Assembly (NCBI GenBank): GCA_023382875.1
Contig: JAHDXH010000002.1
Coordinates: 69,724-133,723 of the forward strand
Direction of reading: 5' to 3'
Length of the DNA stretch: 64,000 nucleotides
Source of the DNA: Patescibacteria group bacterium
GTDB lineage: Bacteria > Patescibacteriota > Microgenomatia > UBA1400 > PJMF01
The translations under genes and the position numbers were made by a program. Every line of letters starts with the position of its first letter. Positions within the stretch are counted from its first letter, which is position 1. Of the stretch, positions 9,286-18,951 are shown one piece after another. The notes beneath the pieces were generated by a model. It saw only the letters and a program-made list of their open reading frames with translations, ran no database searches and had not been told where the DNA came from.

Positions 9286-10379
9286 AATTTGGCAGCTCCA
9301 TTGGTATTGGGTTTATGGGTTTCTAATTTTCTTCTCATCGATTTTTGCATTTTTTTCAACTGATTGATTTTGTCTATCAATGTTTCAGCACTTAAGTTTT
9401 TTTGCTCTAGTAAGATAGCCGCGCCAGTATCAGTTAAAGTTCTAGCGTTGAGAAGCTGTTCGTTGCCCTTGGCAAAAGGTAAGGGAATAAAGATGGTGGG
9501 AATTTGCGCGAAGGCAATTTCTTGAACGGTATTAGCACCAGCTCTCGAAACAGCTCCGTCGGCAATGTTGTAAACCCAAGCCATCTCGCTCGTGGTGAGC
9601 CACTCTTTGACAATGTAGTTCTTGCGATGACCGGCGGGTAAGCTTTGTTTAATTTTTTCCAGTTCTATAGTGTAGTTGATAGAACTAGTGGGATTGCCGC
9701 AGGCATGGATAATATTCCAGTTATGAATAATTTTGGGCAAAATTTGTGAAACAGTAGTATTGATAATATAAGAGCCCTGGTTGCCACCTGTAATCAATAA
9801 GGTTGGTTTTTCTTGGTTAAGGTCGTTTGACCACTCGGGTCTTTGGGGTTTGGTGGAAATTAGGTCGGGGCGAATTGGGTTGCCTGTGACAACACTTTTA
9901 TTTTTGGGAAAAAACTTCAAGCTTTCTTTATGGGAAACAGCCACAATTTTGGCGAATTTGGCTAGGAATAAGTTGGCTTGGCCGGCAGAAACTGTTTGTT
10001 CGTGAGTAATAACAGGAATACCAGAAATCCATGCAGCCAACCCCAGTGGTACCGCCAAATATCCGCCAAAAGAAACAAAAACTTTTGGTCGATGTCTAAC
10101 CATGATTGAGAATGCTTTTAAAATTGAGATGGCAAGCTTTGGTCCAACTAAAACTTTTTCTAAAATATTAGTGGCAGGTCGGGGAGCGTCGAAGCTAACA
10201 AATTTTATTTGTCTTTTTTCTACTTCGGTTTTTTCTTGAGCTTTCTGTTTGTCGATGTCTTGGCTGTAAATTCTTCCGGCAAAAATTACTTCTAATTCTT
10301 CAACCTTATTGTCTTTAAGATAGTCAATTAATGCTAGAGCTGGAGTTAGATGCCCTCCAGAGATCAAGATTCTTTTCAT
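9258..10379 (-). CDS. murG: undecaprenyldiphospho-muramoylpentapeptide beta-N-acetylglucosaminyltransferase MurG
   Basis: MKRILISGGHLTPALALIDYL N-terminus, a GT28 C-terminal domain (GANTVQEIAFAQIPTIFIPLP), and a 4-bp overlap with ftsW. Confidence 0.9.
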   Translation of the reverse strand: MKRILISGGHLTPALALIDYLKDNKVEELEVIFAGRIYSQDIDKQKAQEKTEVEKRQIKFVSFDAPRPATNILEKVLVGPKLAISILKAFSIMVRHRPKVFVSFGGYLAVPLGLAAWISGIPVITHEQTVSAGQANLFLAKFAKIVAVSHKESLKFFPKNKSVVTGNPIRPDLISTKPQRPEWSNDLNQEKPTLLITGGNQGSYIINTTVSQILPKIIHNWNIIHACGNPTSSINYTIELEKIKQSLPAGHRKNYIVKEWLTTSEMAWVYNIADGAVSRAGANTVQEIAFAQIPTIFIPLPFAKGNEQLLNARTLTDTGAAILLEQKNLSAETLIDKINQLKKMQKSMRRKLETHKPNTNGAAKLWNLIKPLL

Positions 10380-11473
10380 GAAGCCTCACTACTTTTTGCC
10401 AATTTAATTAGGATACCTGTGGCTAACATTATCATAACTAGGGCCGAACCTCCAGATGAGAAGAGGGGCAAGGGGATGCCCGTTAATGGGACTAGTGCCA
10501 CTACTGCCGCAATATTCAATAAAGTTTGAGCACTGAACCAGATGGTAATTCCTAGTCCTAATAAATATTCAAAGCTACCTACTTCGTATTTTAGAGAAAT
10601 TCTAAAGCCCGTAATAATGTAGGCCAAATAAATAAAGCTAATGGTGATTACTCCCACAAAACCAATTTCTTCGGCAACAATGGCCAGAATAGAGTCTGAA
10701 CTGGCTTCGGGAATATAGTTGTGTTTTTGTTTTGATTCTCCAATACCTTGTCCAAACCATCCGCCCTGTCCTAGAGCTAAAGTAATCTGTCTGATGTGAA
10801 AGCTTGAGCCCAGAGGGTCAAGTTCTGGGTTGAAAAAAGTTGTCACTCTTTGTAGGCGATATGGTGAGGAGAAAATAGCGATGGTCACAAAAAGTAAGCC
10901 CACCGCAGCGATAGTGAAAATGTATTTCATTTCTCCACCTGCCACAAAATACATGCCAAAGGCTATGGCAAGAAAAATCAAAGTTGAGCCAAGGTCTGGT
11001 TGCAAGATAAGTAGTAGAGTTGGCATTGAAGTCAAAAAAGCAAACGGCATTAGGCGTTGATGCTTAGTCATCCAAGTCGCAAAAAAAGTTACCAAAGCCA
11101 ATTTGGCAAATTCCACCGGTTGAATAGTTACTAAACCAAATAAACTAAACCAACGATTGGCGCCATTCAACTTAAGACCAATGTGGGGGATGAAAACCAA
11201 AACAAGCGTGATAAGTGCGCCAAAGAAAAAAATGGGCGAAAACTTCTTCCACAGTTTGATTGGGGTGAAACTGGCGACGAATAAAATGACATATCCCAAA
11301 ACTAACCACATAGCTTGAGATTTTACGTAGTGATAAGCAGTGCCAAAAGTTAAGAAACTCTCTGCAACCGAACTTTCAAAAACAAACAGTAGGCCAAGCG
11401 ATGAAATTAAAACGGTTAGTAAAAATAAAACCACAGCACTGCTAACAAATCGTTTTTCTTTTTTTTCGGTCAT
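10376..11473 (-). CDS. ftsW: SEDS-family peptidoglycan glycosyltransferase FtsW/RodA
   Basis: About 10 TM helices, with SEDS motifs (GLKLNGANRWF, IPEASSDSILA). Lies in the division cluster. Confidence 0.85.
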   Translation of the reverse strand: MTEKKEKRFVSSAVVLFLLTVLISSLGLLFVFESSVAESFLTFGTAYHYVKSQAMWLVLGYVILFVASFTPIKLWKKFSPIFFFGALITLVLVFIPHIGLKLNGANRWFSLFGLVTIQPVEFAKLALVTFFATWMTKHQRLMPFAFLTSMPTLLLILQPDLGSTLIFLAIAFGMYFVAGGEMKYIFTIAAVGLLFVTIAIFSSPYRLQRVTTFFNPELDPLGSSFHIRQITLALGQGGWFGQGIGESKQKHNYIPEASSDSILAIVAEEIGFVGVITISFIYLAYIITGFRISLKYEVGSFEYLLGLGITIWFSAQTLLNIAAVVALVPLTGIPLPLFSSGGSALVMIMLATGILIKLAKSSEAS

Positions 11474-11490
11474 TTCGTTCTTGCTTGTGA

Positions 11491-14202
11491 TTAAAGTTCG
11501 ATGATCGGTGAAGGTGATGGGACTGGTGAAACTATCGGCGTTGGACTAGGACTTGGTGATGGCGTTGGGCTTGGAGCTGGTTCTCGCCAATCTTCACCAC
11601 CAGTGCCGATTTTAACTTCACCGGTACTGGCCCATTTTCCTGATCGAGATAATGCTTTGGCCTGAATTTTGTAACGACCTCTATCTAGTTTAATCTTGCC
11701 TTTGTAGCTTCTGTTATTGATGGTTTCTTTTAATGACCCATTGACCCAAAGCTCAATTTTTTCGATACCATCACCACTATCGGCATCAATATTAACCTCA
11801 ATTTCTGTTTCCTGATAGTTCTTTTCGTTCTCTGGTTTGGTGATGCGAATGGCGATGTCGCTATTTTCACCGCAATATTCAGTTGGTGGTTTATAAAGAT
11901 CACCTTGAGCGTTCACCCAAGCATTAATTCCTTCTTGCCAGCGATTTTTACCATCTTGGCTGACAGGATCTTCTTCTCTTAGGGCAATGAATTCTTTTTC
12001 TTCATAATCGCCCACGCCAATTTTGGCATCAGTGGCGAGTTTCCTTTGATCATCACGACAAACTTTGAGCTTGGAGTGAATTGGATCCGGAGTGGTTGGT
12101 TTGGTTCCTTTGATGTAGTAGTCAAAGCGAGATTCAAAGCCATCGTGAGATGGGTAGCCGGAAATTTTATCCACTTCAACTTGTTCTACGCCTTCTGGCA
12201 CTTTCCATTCTTCAGAAACATAGCCCTCATCGATGGCTTTTTTAATAATATTTCTCCAAATTGGTGAGGCACCAGTAACACCAGAAGCGACGTGTTTCAT
12301 GGGTCTATTGTCATTATTACCAACCCAAGTACCGACAATAATATTTTTGTTCCAACCAATAGTCCAGTTGTCGCGTTGATCGTTGGTGGTACCAGTTTTG
12401 ACTGAGACACCTTTGCCCATATTGAGCAGTGAGTTTGGTCCGAAAGCTAATGAACGAGCGTCATTGTCAGCCAAAACATGATTGATTAAGAAAGCTTCGG
12501 ATTCGGTAATAACGCTTGGTCCTTTGGCTGGTTTGTATTCGTAAAGGGTTTGACCATTGAGATTTTCGACTTTTAAAATTGAAACAGGCTCGACTTTGGT
12601 ACCTAGGTTGGCGAAGCTTGAATAAGCGGTAACAGTGTCAATTAAGTGAACCTCAGCACCACCTAAAGTTGCTGATAAGCCAAAGCGCTTCATGTTTTCT
12701 GCAGTTGGCTCGAGTGTAGGGAAGCCCATTTTGAAAGCCAATTCTAAGAAGTTATCAACGCCCACGATGGCTAGAGATTTAACGGCAGGAATGTTGAGTG
12801 AGCTACCTAGAGAAGTTCTCAAGCTAACTGGTCCGTGGAATTTGCCGTCGTAGTTTTTGGGTTGATAGGGCTTGTCAGCAGTTTCGTTAGGAGTAAATGT
12901 AGTTTCAACGTCAGTGATCATTGAGGCAGGCGAGTAACCTTTTTGGAACATGGCTAAATAGGTCAACGGCTTGATCGAAGAACCCGGTTGTCTCAAACCA
13001 TCAACAACTACATTATATTGACCACCAATAGATGAGTCTGAGTAATCTTTACTTCCCACCATGGCCAAAATTTCTCCAGTATTGGGGTTCATGGCTAAGG
13101 CAGCGCCATTGGAAATATCGTAGTTTTTGATTTTTTCCAATTCGTCGTAAACAATTTGTTGGCTGTCCTTTTGCAGTTCTAAGTCCAAGGTAGTGGTAAC
13201 TTTAAGACCACCTCGTTTGAGCATGTCTTCGCCAAACATTTCATCCAATTGATCTTCGATATAAAAAACAAAGTGTGGAGCATTGATGCTGGTTTGCTGT
13301 CTAGTGAAGGTCATTTGATCCATTTGGGCTAATGCTTCTTCACGGGCGAGTTCAGTAATATAGCCATCTTCTACCATTCTTCTCAAAACGCCTTCGGCTC
13401 TGAGTTTCCAAAGTAACTTGCCATCTTCATCAGTTTTGCCAAGGAATGGTGAGTAAGCAGAGGGTCTTTGGGGTAAGCCAGCTAAGATTGCTGATTCAGC
13501 CAAAGTTAATTCTGAAACTTTTTTATTAAAGTAACTCTCACTGGCTGCGCCTACACCAATAGAAACGCCACCGTAGGGCACTTCATTCAAATACATTTCC
13601 AAAATTTGATCTTTGGTGAATTTTCTCTCAATTTGCAAAGACAAAACTAACTCTTTGAATTTACGAGTAATAGTTCTTTCGTTAGTCAAAAGAACCGTTT
13701 TGACTAATTGTTGGGTAAGGGTGGAACCACCCACAACTCGACCGCCTTTGAATATATAGTTATAAGGAATACGGATGATGGTTAAAAAATCAAAGCCTTT
13801 GTGTTTGTAAAAATCTTTATCTTCAACAGCGACAGTGGCTTGTTTTAAGTAGGTTGGCATTTGGTCAACAGCAACCGGTTCTCTTTTTTCCGCCTGATAA
13901 AGATCATGAATAAGATTGCCATTTCTATCTAGAAGTTGGGTGTTGAAGCCTTCGGTACGGACAATTTGGCCGGGTTTGGGGAGATTTCTAGATACCCAGG
14001 CAAAAGTAATAAAGAAGAGAACAATGGCTGCGACAGTTCCAGCTAGAGCTAAAATAGTGAGAAATCTTGCCCAACGGATGAGCTTGAGTTTTTTCTCAGC
14101 CGGAGTCAGCCTACTGTAGTTAAGTCTCGAGAAGCGGCGGTTAGTGAATTGTCTTTTCAGTTTATTCCAGCTTCTAGTGAGATTGATCTTCATAAAAAAC
14201 AT
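11491..14202 (-). CDS. class A penicillin-binding protein (GT51 transglycosylase + transpeptidase) with C-terminal beta-sandwich extension and Pro/Thr/Ser linker
   Basis: GT51 motifs EDKDFYKHKGFD and GGSTLTQQLVK. Transpeptidase SxxK (GSSIKP), SLN and KTGT. C-terminal tail PAPSPTPSPSPSPTPIVSPVPSPSP. Confidence 0.9.
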   Translation of the reverse strand: MFFMKINLTRSWNKLKRQFTNRRFSRLNYSRLTPAEKKLKLIRWARFLTILALAGTVAAIVLFFITFAWVSRNLPKPGQIVRTEGFNTQLLDRNGNLIHDLYQAEKREPVAVDQMPTYLKQATVAVEDKDFYKHKGFDFLTIIRIPYNYIFKGGRVVGGSTLTQQLVKTVLLTNERTITRKFKELVLSLQIERKFTKDQILEMYLNEVPYGGVSIGVGAASESYFNKKVSELTLAESAILAGLPQRPSAYSPFLGKTDEDGKLLWKLRAEGVLRRMVEDGYITELAREEALAQMDQMTFTRQQTSINAPHFVFYIEDQLDEMFGEDMLKRGGLKVTTTLDLELQKDSQQIVYDELEKIKNYDISNGAALAMNPNTGEILAMVGSKDYSDSSIGGQYNVVVDGLRQPGSSIKPLTYLAMFQKGYSPASMITDVETTFTPNETADKPYQPKNYDGKFHGPVSLRTSLGSSLNIPAVKSLAIVGVDNFLELAFKMGFPTLEPTAENMKRFGLSATLGGAEVHLIDTVTAYSSFANLGTKVEPVSILKVENLNGQTLYEYKPAKGPSVITESEAFLINHVLADNDARSLAFGPNSLLNMGKGVSVKTGTTNDQRDNWTIGWNKNIIVGTWVGNNDNRPMKHVASGVTGASPIWRNIIKKAIDEGYVSEEWKVPEGVEQVEVDKISGYPSHDGFESRFDYYIKGTKPTTPDPIHSKLKVCRDDQRKLATDAKIGVGDYEEKEFIALREEDPVSQDGKNRWQEGINAWVNAQGDLYKPPTEYCGENSDIAIRITKPENEKNYQETEIEVNIDADSGDGIEKIELWVNGSLKETINNRSYKGKIKLDRGRYKIQAKALSRSGKWASTGEVKIGTGGEDWREPAPSPTPSPSPSPTPIVSPVPSPSPIIEL

Positions 14203-14255
14203 TCTACCAAGATTGTCGATACCATGCTACCAAAAAATCATGTTATGATGATTTT

Positions 14256-15038
14256 ATGCAACTAAAATCTCTTTTAATCAAGCTTTTAACAGTTGTGCTC
14301 TTGAGCGGAGCAGGCGTTCTCACAGTTGTGATCGTCATGAAATTCTTTGGTCCATTGCCACTTTCTATCAACTCTACTGTTTCTCAAAAAGCTTCACTTT
14401 TCTATAGTGAAGGTAAGAGTGAAATGGAAGTAGTTCCAGATGAAGCCAAAGTTTCCTTGGGTATTAACATTCAAAAAGATACTGTTGGAGTAGCTCAAGA
14501 TGAAGCTAATAAAGTTATCAATGCTATTACTGCAAAATTAGCTGAACTGGGAATCGATAAAGAAGATGTCAAAACTTCCAATTATTCGATTTATCCAAAC
14601 TACGATTACACCAATGGCACCAACCGTATTATTGGTTACAACATCAACTCTAACTTAGAGGTGACAATTTCTGACTTTGATAAGCTCAATTCTGTGATTG
14701 ATTTGGCTACTGCAGAAGGCGCCAACCAAGTTGGTGGTGTCCAATTTACTTTGAGCAAAGAAAAAGAAGCCGAGCTTAAACAACAAGCTAGACAAGAAGC
14801 TATTAAAGATGCACAAGAAAGTGCTCAGGAGTTAGCGAGATTGAGTGGTATTAGATTAGGTCGAGTCGTCGATGTCAGTGAAAGTAGAATGGATACTTGG
14901 CCAGTTTCTCCAATGTACAGAAGTGCTGAAGTTATGATGAATAAAGATGCTTACGGCTCTGGCGGTGAATCCACTAGTATCGAGCCAGGTAGCACTACCT
15001 ATTCTTACGTAGTTAACTTAAGCTACGAAACTTTCTAA
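14256..15038 (+). CDS. SIMPL/DUF541 family protein (YggE-like, signal-anchored)
   Basis: N-terminal TM, then the DUF541 pattern (KVSLGINIQKDTV...EANKVINAITAKL...GYNINSNLEVTISDFDK..GANQVGGVQFTLS). An extended -10 TGTTATGAT sits immediately 5' of the ATG. Confidence 0.65.
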   Translation: MQLKSLLIKLLTVVLLSGAGVLTVVIVMKFFGPLPLSINSTVSQKASLFYSEGKSEMEVVPDEAKVSLGINIQKDTVGVAQDEANKVINAITAKLAELGIDKEDVKTSNYSIYPNYDYTNGTNRIIGYNINSNLEVTISDFDKLNSVIDLATAEGANQVGGVQFTLSKEKEAELKQQARQEAIKDAQESAQELARLSGIRLGRVVDVSESRMDTWPVSPMYRSAEVMMNKDAYGSGGESTSIEPGSTTYSYVVNLSYETF

Positions 15039-15062
15039 GTTAGCAAAAAATATTGAGATTTA

Positions 15063-16709
15063 TTAAATCACCGCTTCGATTGATCGAGCGGTGATTTGCG
15101 TTGTGGTGCGTCCGCGCCATTCATTAAGGCTTAATTCTCCCGCAACCTTGATGAGTTGTCCGCTGGTGAGAGTTTCTGCTAAATAGCCTTTCTTCCAACC
15201 AATGATATTTAGATATTGGCCGTCTTCATCGCTTACAGCCAATCTGAGGTGCTGACTTTCTTGCCCCATGGTTTTAATGCTGATTATTTTCAGTTGGTCG
15301 AAGCCAAAGATCGGCGTTGGATTTTTGACACCAAATGGCTCAAAAGTTTTGAGTAAATGATGGGTTTTATCGGTGGCTAGTTTGACTGGTAATAAACATT
15401 CAACTTCGAGTTTTCTCTCAAAAAGTTCGTCGTCATATTTTTGTGCTAGGGCTTGAAGTTTTTTCTTGATGAGGTCGATTTTACTGATTTCTACGCTAAA
15501 ACCAGCAGCCATGGGGTGACCACCAGCAGCAAGTAAATCACTTTTCACTTCTCTAATGAGTTCAATAATATTGATACCAGCTATAGAACGAGCTGAGGCT
15601 TTGCCAGTTGTTTCGTTTAAAGAAATGACGATGACCGGCTTGTTGAATTGTTCAGTGAGTTTGCCCGCAATCAGACCAATTACACCTTCATGAAAGCTAT
15701 GTTCTTGAACAATCAAAAGTTTTTCTTGAGCTTGCGCCTCGACCTGCTCCATTGCTGATTCAATCTGTTGAGCTGTTAAGTCTTGTCTTTCTACATTTGT
15801 GTTTGAGAGTTCTTGGGCCAAGTTCGCGGCTTGTTCCTGATTGGTGGTGCAAAGAAGTCGTAGTGCTTGCAGGCCATTTTTCAATCTACCCATGGCGTTA
15901 ATACGAGGGGCAATGGCGTAGTTGATAATATTGGAGTCAATCAAAGATTGGTTGATGGAAGAATTTTTAATTAGTTCGGTCAAGCCAAGTCGAGTGGTGT
16001 TTTTGAGTGATTTGATGCCCCAAGCTGCAAAGCTTCTATTAAACTGCGTTAATGGCATTTGGTCAGCAATGGTGGCGATGCCAGCTAAATCTAGCTGTTT
16101 GCTGATTAGTTGATCATTGTCTGCTGAAAAATGACGAATTATTTCTCTAGCAAAAAGCCAGGAGACGCCTGCCCCACATACTTTGGTGGAGTGAAAAATA
16201 GCATCAGCCTTCGGCAATTCTTCTTCAGGTAAGTGGTGGTCGGTCAAAATTATTGGGCAATTTTTTTTGTTTAAATAATCAACGGCTTCATGAGCAACAA
16301 TACCGTTGTCGACAGTAATGAGTAGCTCGGGGGTAGCGGTAGTAAAAATTTCGTCCAATGCTTTAGTGGTCAGTCCATAGCCATGATTCAAGCGGTCTGG
16401 AATAAAAGGTTTGGCGTTAAAGCCAAGATTATGAAGCACGCGCCATAAAATGGCAGTGGCGGTAATGCCATCTGCGTCATAGTCGCCAAAAATAACGATT
16501 AGGCCTTGAGTATTTTTAACTTTGTTTAAGATTTCTAATGATTTTTTTAGAGCAGCTTGATCAATGTTAAGTTCTTCTATTTTGAAGGTGGTGGGTTTTG
16601 GGGGATTAAACCACTGCTGTTCGTCTACAACCTGGCGGTTTTCAAGGAGGATTTTTTTGAGTTCAGTTTGATTTTCGGCGAGCGCAGAGTTTTTGATAAG
16701 CCACTTCAT
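15063..16709 (-). CDS. recJ: single-stranded-DNA-specific exonuclease RecJ
   Basis: DHH motifs (IVIFGDYDADGITATAIL; DHHLP) and a DHHA1 region (GGHPMAAGFS). Start chosen at MKWLIKN, where TAATG overlaps the stop of the upstream small ORF. The ORF track extends it to 16778. Confidence 0.85.
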   Translation of the reverse strand: MKWLIKNSALAENQTELKKILLENRQVVDEQQWFNPPKPTTFKIEELNIDQAALKKSLEILNKVKNTQGLIVIFGDYDADGITATAILWRVLHNLGFNAKPFIPDRLNHGYGLTTKALDEIFTTATPELLITVDNGIVAHEAVDYLNKKNCPIILTDHHLPEEELPKADAIFHSTKVCGAGVSWLFAREIIRHFSADNDQLISKQLDLAGIATIADQMPLTQFNRSFAAWGIKSLKNTTRLGLTELIKNSSINQSLIDSNIINYAIAPRINAMGRLKNGLQALRLLCTTNQEQAANLAQELSNTNVERQDLTAQQIESAMEQVEAQAQEKLLIVQEHSFHEGVIGLIAGKLTEQFNKPVIVISLNETTGKASARSIAGINIIELIREVKSDLLAAGGHPMAAGFSVEISKIDLIKKKLQALAQKYDDELFERKLEVECLLPVKLATDKTHHLLKTFEPFGVKNPTPIFGFDQLKIISIKTMGQESQHLRLAVSDEDGQYLNIIGWKKGYLAETLTSGQLIKVAGELSLNEWRGRTTTQITARSIEAVI

Positions 16710-17074
16710 TAGGAAATGATATAAATGATTCTGAATAAAGCCAGAACCAAAACGACTTGAACTACCACCGTTGACCAAGAGAAAAGGATTACTAGTAATC
16801 TATCGCTATTTGCAATTGATTTGGTAATAGCAACATGAACTAAGGTGCTAGCCAAAGCTAAGCCAGGAAATAAAAAGAGCCATTCTTTTGCAGCCAAGTG
16901 TTGAGCTGGTTCAGGCAATGAGTAAAATAAAGGAATTTGTGGTTGCGATCTGAAGTAGAAAACTAAAGTTGCCAAAGCAGAGGTTAAAGTCAAAAGGTAA
17001 ACAATTAAAAACGGTGTTTTAACAAACTTTGGTAGAAGAAAAAAATTGTTTTGTGAGCGTGATCCAAATTGCAT
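16709..17074 (-). CDS. small hypothetical membrane protein (3 predicted TM helices)
   Basis: 121 aa and hydrophobic. Translationally coupled to recJ (TAATG) and located 10 nt downstream of the peptidase gene. Confidence 0.4.
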   Translation of the reverse strand: MQFGSRSQNNFFLLPKFVKTPFLIVYLLTLTSALATLVFYFRSQPQIPLFYSLPEPAQHLAAKEWLFLFPGLALASTLVHVAITKSIANSDRLLVILFSWSTVVVQVVLVLALFRIIYIIS

Positions 17075-17084
17075 GACATTACCA

Positions 17085-18902
17085 TTATATAACTAAGTTT
17101 ATTAAATTGATGGTTTTAAGTAAGTTGGTTGTTATTTCTTCTGACAACGGAGTTCTGGAGAAGGTTTCAATGATTTGTTGTTTGATGTTGAATTGTTGTG
17201 GTAGGTCAGAAATTTCAGCTTGTTTGGCTTTGGTAAGAAGATAATCAAAAACTGGCCAAAATTTTCCAAAAGGGTTTGAATAATAGTTTTCAAGTTTGTC
17301 AATTAATTCTTTCCATTGGCTATTGTTTTCACTTTCAGCATTCGGACTTGGGTTGACCATTGTTTCGCTGGCGGGATCAAAATTAAGTTGCCACGTTTTA
17401 GTGCTTTCATTTTCAACGACTAGCTCATCGGTCAAAACTTGACCTGATTGACTGTAACTATAAAAACTTACATTTGTTGTTTCTAGAGAATGGTTAACAA
17501 TTTCAATTTTGTAATTACCTTGTTTTGGTTTTCTAATTTGAGTGATTTTCCAGTTAGTTTCTTGACCAGAAATTGGGTCAACAATTTTTTCTTCAAATTG
17601 TTCTATTTCCAGTGTAGTAGCGGGATCAGTGTTGATTATTATTTCAACATCTGGTTTTGTGACAAAGAGTAAATAACTTAAATCTGTATAGCTTGGTGTA
17701 AAAAGTCTGGATGATAGCAATTCTTTTCCATGTTGTTTGAAGTTTCTAAAAATATAATAAGGATCGAGGATAGTAAAATCTTGATTTTCTTGGTTATAAC
17801 CATTGGCAACCAAAAAGTGACCAGTAATGTTAAAAATGAGGGGTAAATTTTGAGTAAGTGCTTCGACTTGTTTTGTGAGATCACTGCCCACCAATCGTTG
17901 GTATTCTAATTTTGGCGTTCCATATCTAAGGTGAATGGCGGTGCTGAGTCTGGAGATTGCTAGCCAATTTAGCAAGCCATCACCGATATAGCCGTCGATT
18001 TGGTTTTTTAGCCATTCATTTAAACTGGCCGGTGTTATTTCTTGACCATCAGGTAAAAAATTTAATTGATAATAACGCATGACCATAGCCGCGGCAGTTA
18101 AAGCACAACCCCATCTGTCGATGGTTGGATTTGGTGACCAGAGTTTGGCAGAATCATATTCAAGTTGCGACCATTTGACATCGGTTTGTTTGAGTAGGGG
18201 AACTTCTAATTCATCTGTCAGTGTTTGAGGTAGAGAAAAAACTTGCAAGTTATCAAACGAAGACACAGATCTCTTGCTACCCAAGCTAGTTTTTAAGGCA
18301 ATGGTTTTGCTTCCTGCTGCCAGTGGCTGTTGATCGTAAACATTGAGAACTTTTTGGCCATTAATAAAAACAATTAAGCGCTGATTTTGATACTTAATGG
18401 TAAAGTGATAAATTTCATTGGCCAAAAATGGGAAGGTAGTGTGATTATTTTCCAGTGGTTGAGAAAGCCCCGCGACCACTTTTTGAGCTGTAATGCCTGT
18501 GCCATAGAGTTTGAGGTCATACCAATTGTCCTTATCTTGCCACCACCAAACAAAATTCCGATCCATGTTGATTGACTCATCAAGTCTCCAATCGAAATCG
18601 ACTTGCCAATTCGGCGAAGAGATTATTTGATTTGAGCTTGGTGTTATTGCAAGAGTACAGCCAACGCCATCAACAACAAGTTTTGCCCAGCCGTTTTCAA
18701 TTTGCCATTTGGCAGGCGATAAAACATCCAAACAATGATTCCAGCCACCCGAACCTTCATTTTGAGCAACGACCCAAGGGCTAATGCTAGCTCTGTCAAA
18801 CTGGTCAACTACTAGAGTAGTGTTTGCCCTTATAATAGGTGCGTAAAGATGACTAAAAAATTCTACGACCAGCAAGGTAAATAAAACGGCGATTGGTCTC
18901 AT
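17085..18902 (-). CDS. secreted multidomain protein: concanavalin/LamG-like N-terminal domain + C39-like papain-fold cysteine peptidase domain
   Basis: Signal peptide MRPIAVLFTLLVVEFFS. Cys motif RWGCALTAAAMVMRYYQ and His motif NITGHFLVANGY, matching peptidase_C39-like catalytic contexts. N-terminal W-rich jelly-roll-like segment. Confidence 0.55.
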   Translation of the reverse strand: MRPIAVLFTLLVVEFFSHLYAPIIRANTTLVVDQFDRASISPWVVAQNEGSGGWNHCLDVLSPAKWQIENGWAKLVVDGVGCTLAITPSSNQIISSPNWQVDFDWRLDESINMDRNFVWWWQDKDNWYDLKLYGTGITAQKVVAGLSQPLENNHTTFPFLANEIYHFTIKYQNQRLIVFINGQKVLNVYDQQPLAAGSKTIALKTSLGSKRSVSSFDNLQVFSLPQTLTDELEVPLLKQTDVKWSQLEYDSAKLWSPNPTIDRWGCALTAAAMVMRYYQLNFLPDGQEITPASLNEWLKNQIDGYIGDGLLNWLAISRLSTAIHLRYGTPKLEYQRLVGSDLTKQVEALTQNLPLIFNITGHFLVANGYNQENQDFTILDPYYIFRNFKQHGKELLSSRLFTPSYTDLSYLLFVTKPDVEIIINTDPATTLEIEQFEEKIVDPISGQETNWKITQIRKPKQGNYKIEIVNHSLETTNVSFYSYSQSGQVLTDELVVENESTKTWQLNFDPASETMVNPSPNAESENNSQWKELIDKLENYYSNPFGKFWPVFDYLLTKAKQAEISDLPQQFNIKQQIIETFSRTPLSEEITTNLLKTINLINLVI

Positions 18903-18951
18903 GTGAAGATTTTGACAAACAAATCTTTCATTAACCTAAAATCAAATCAAC

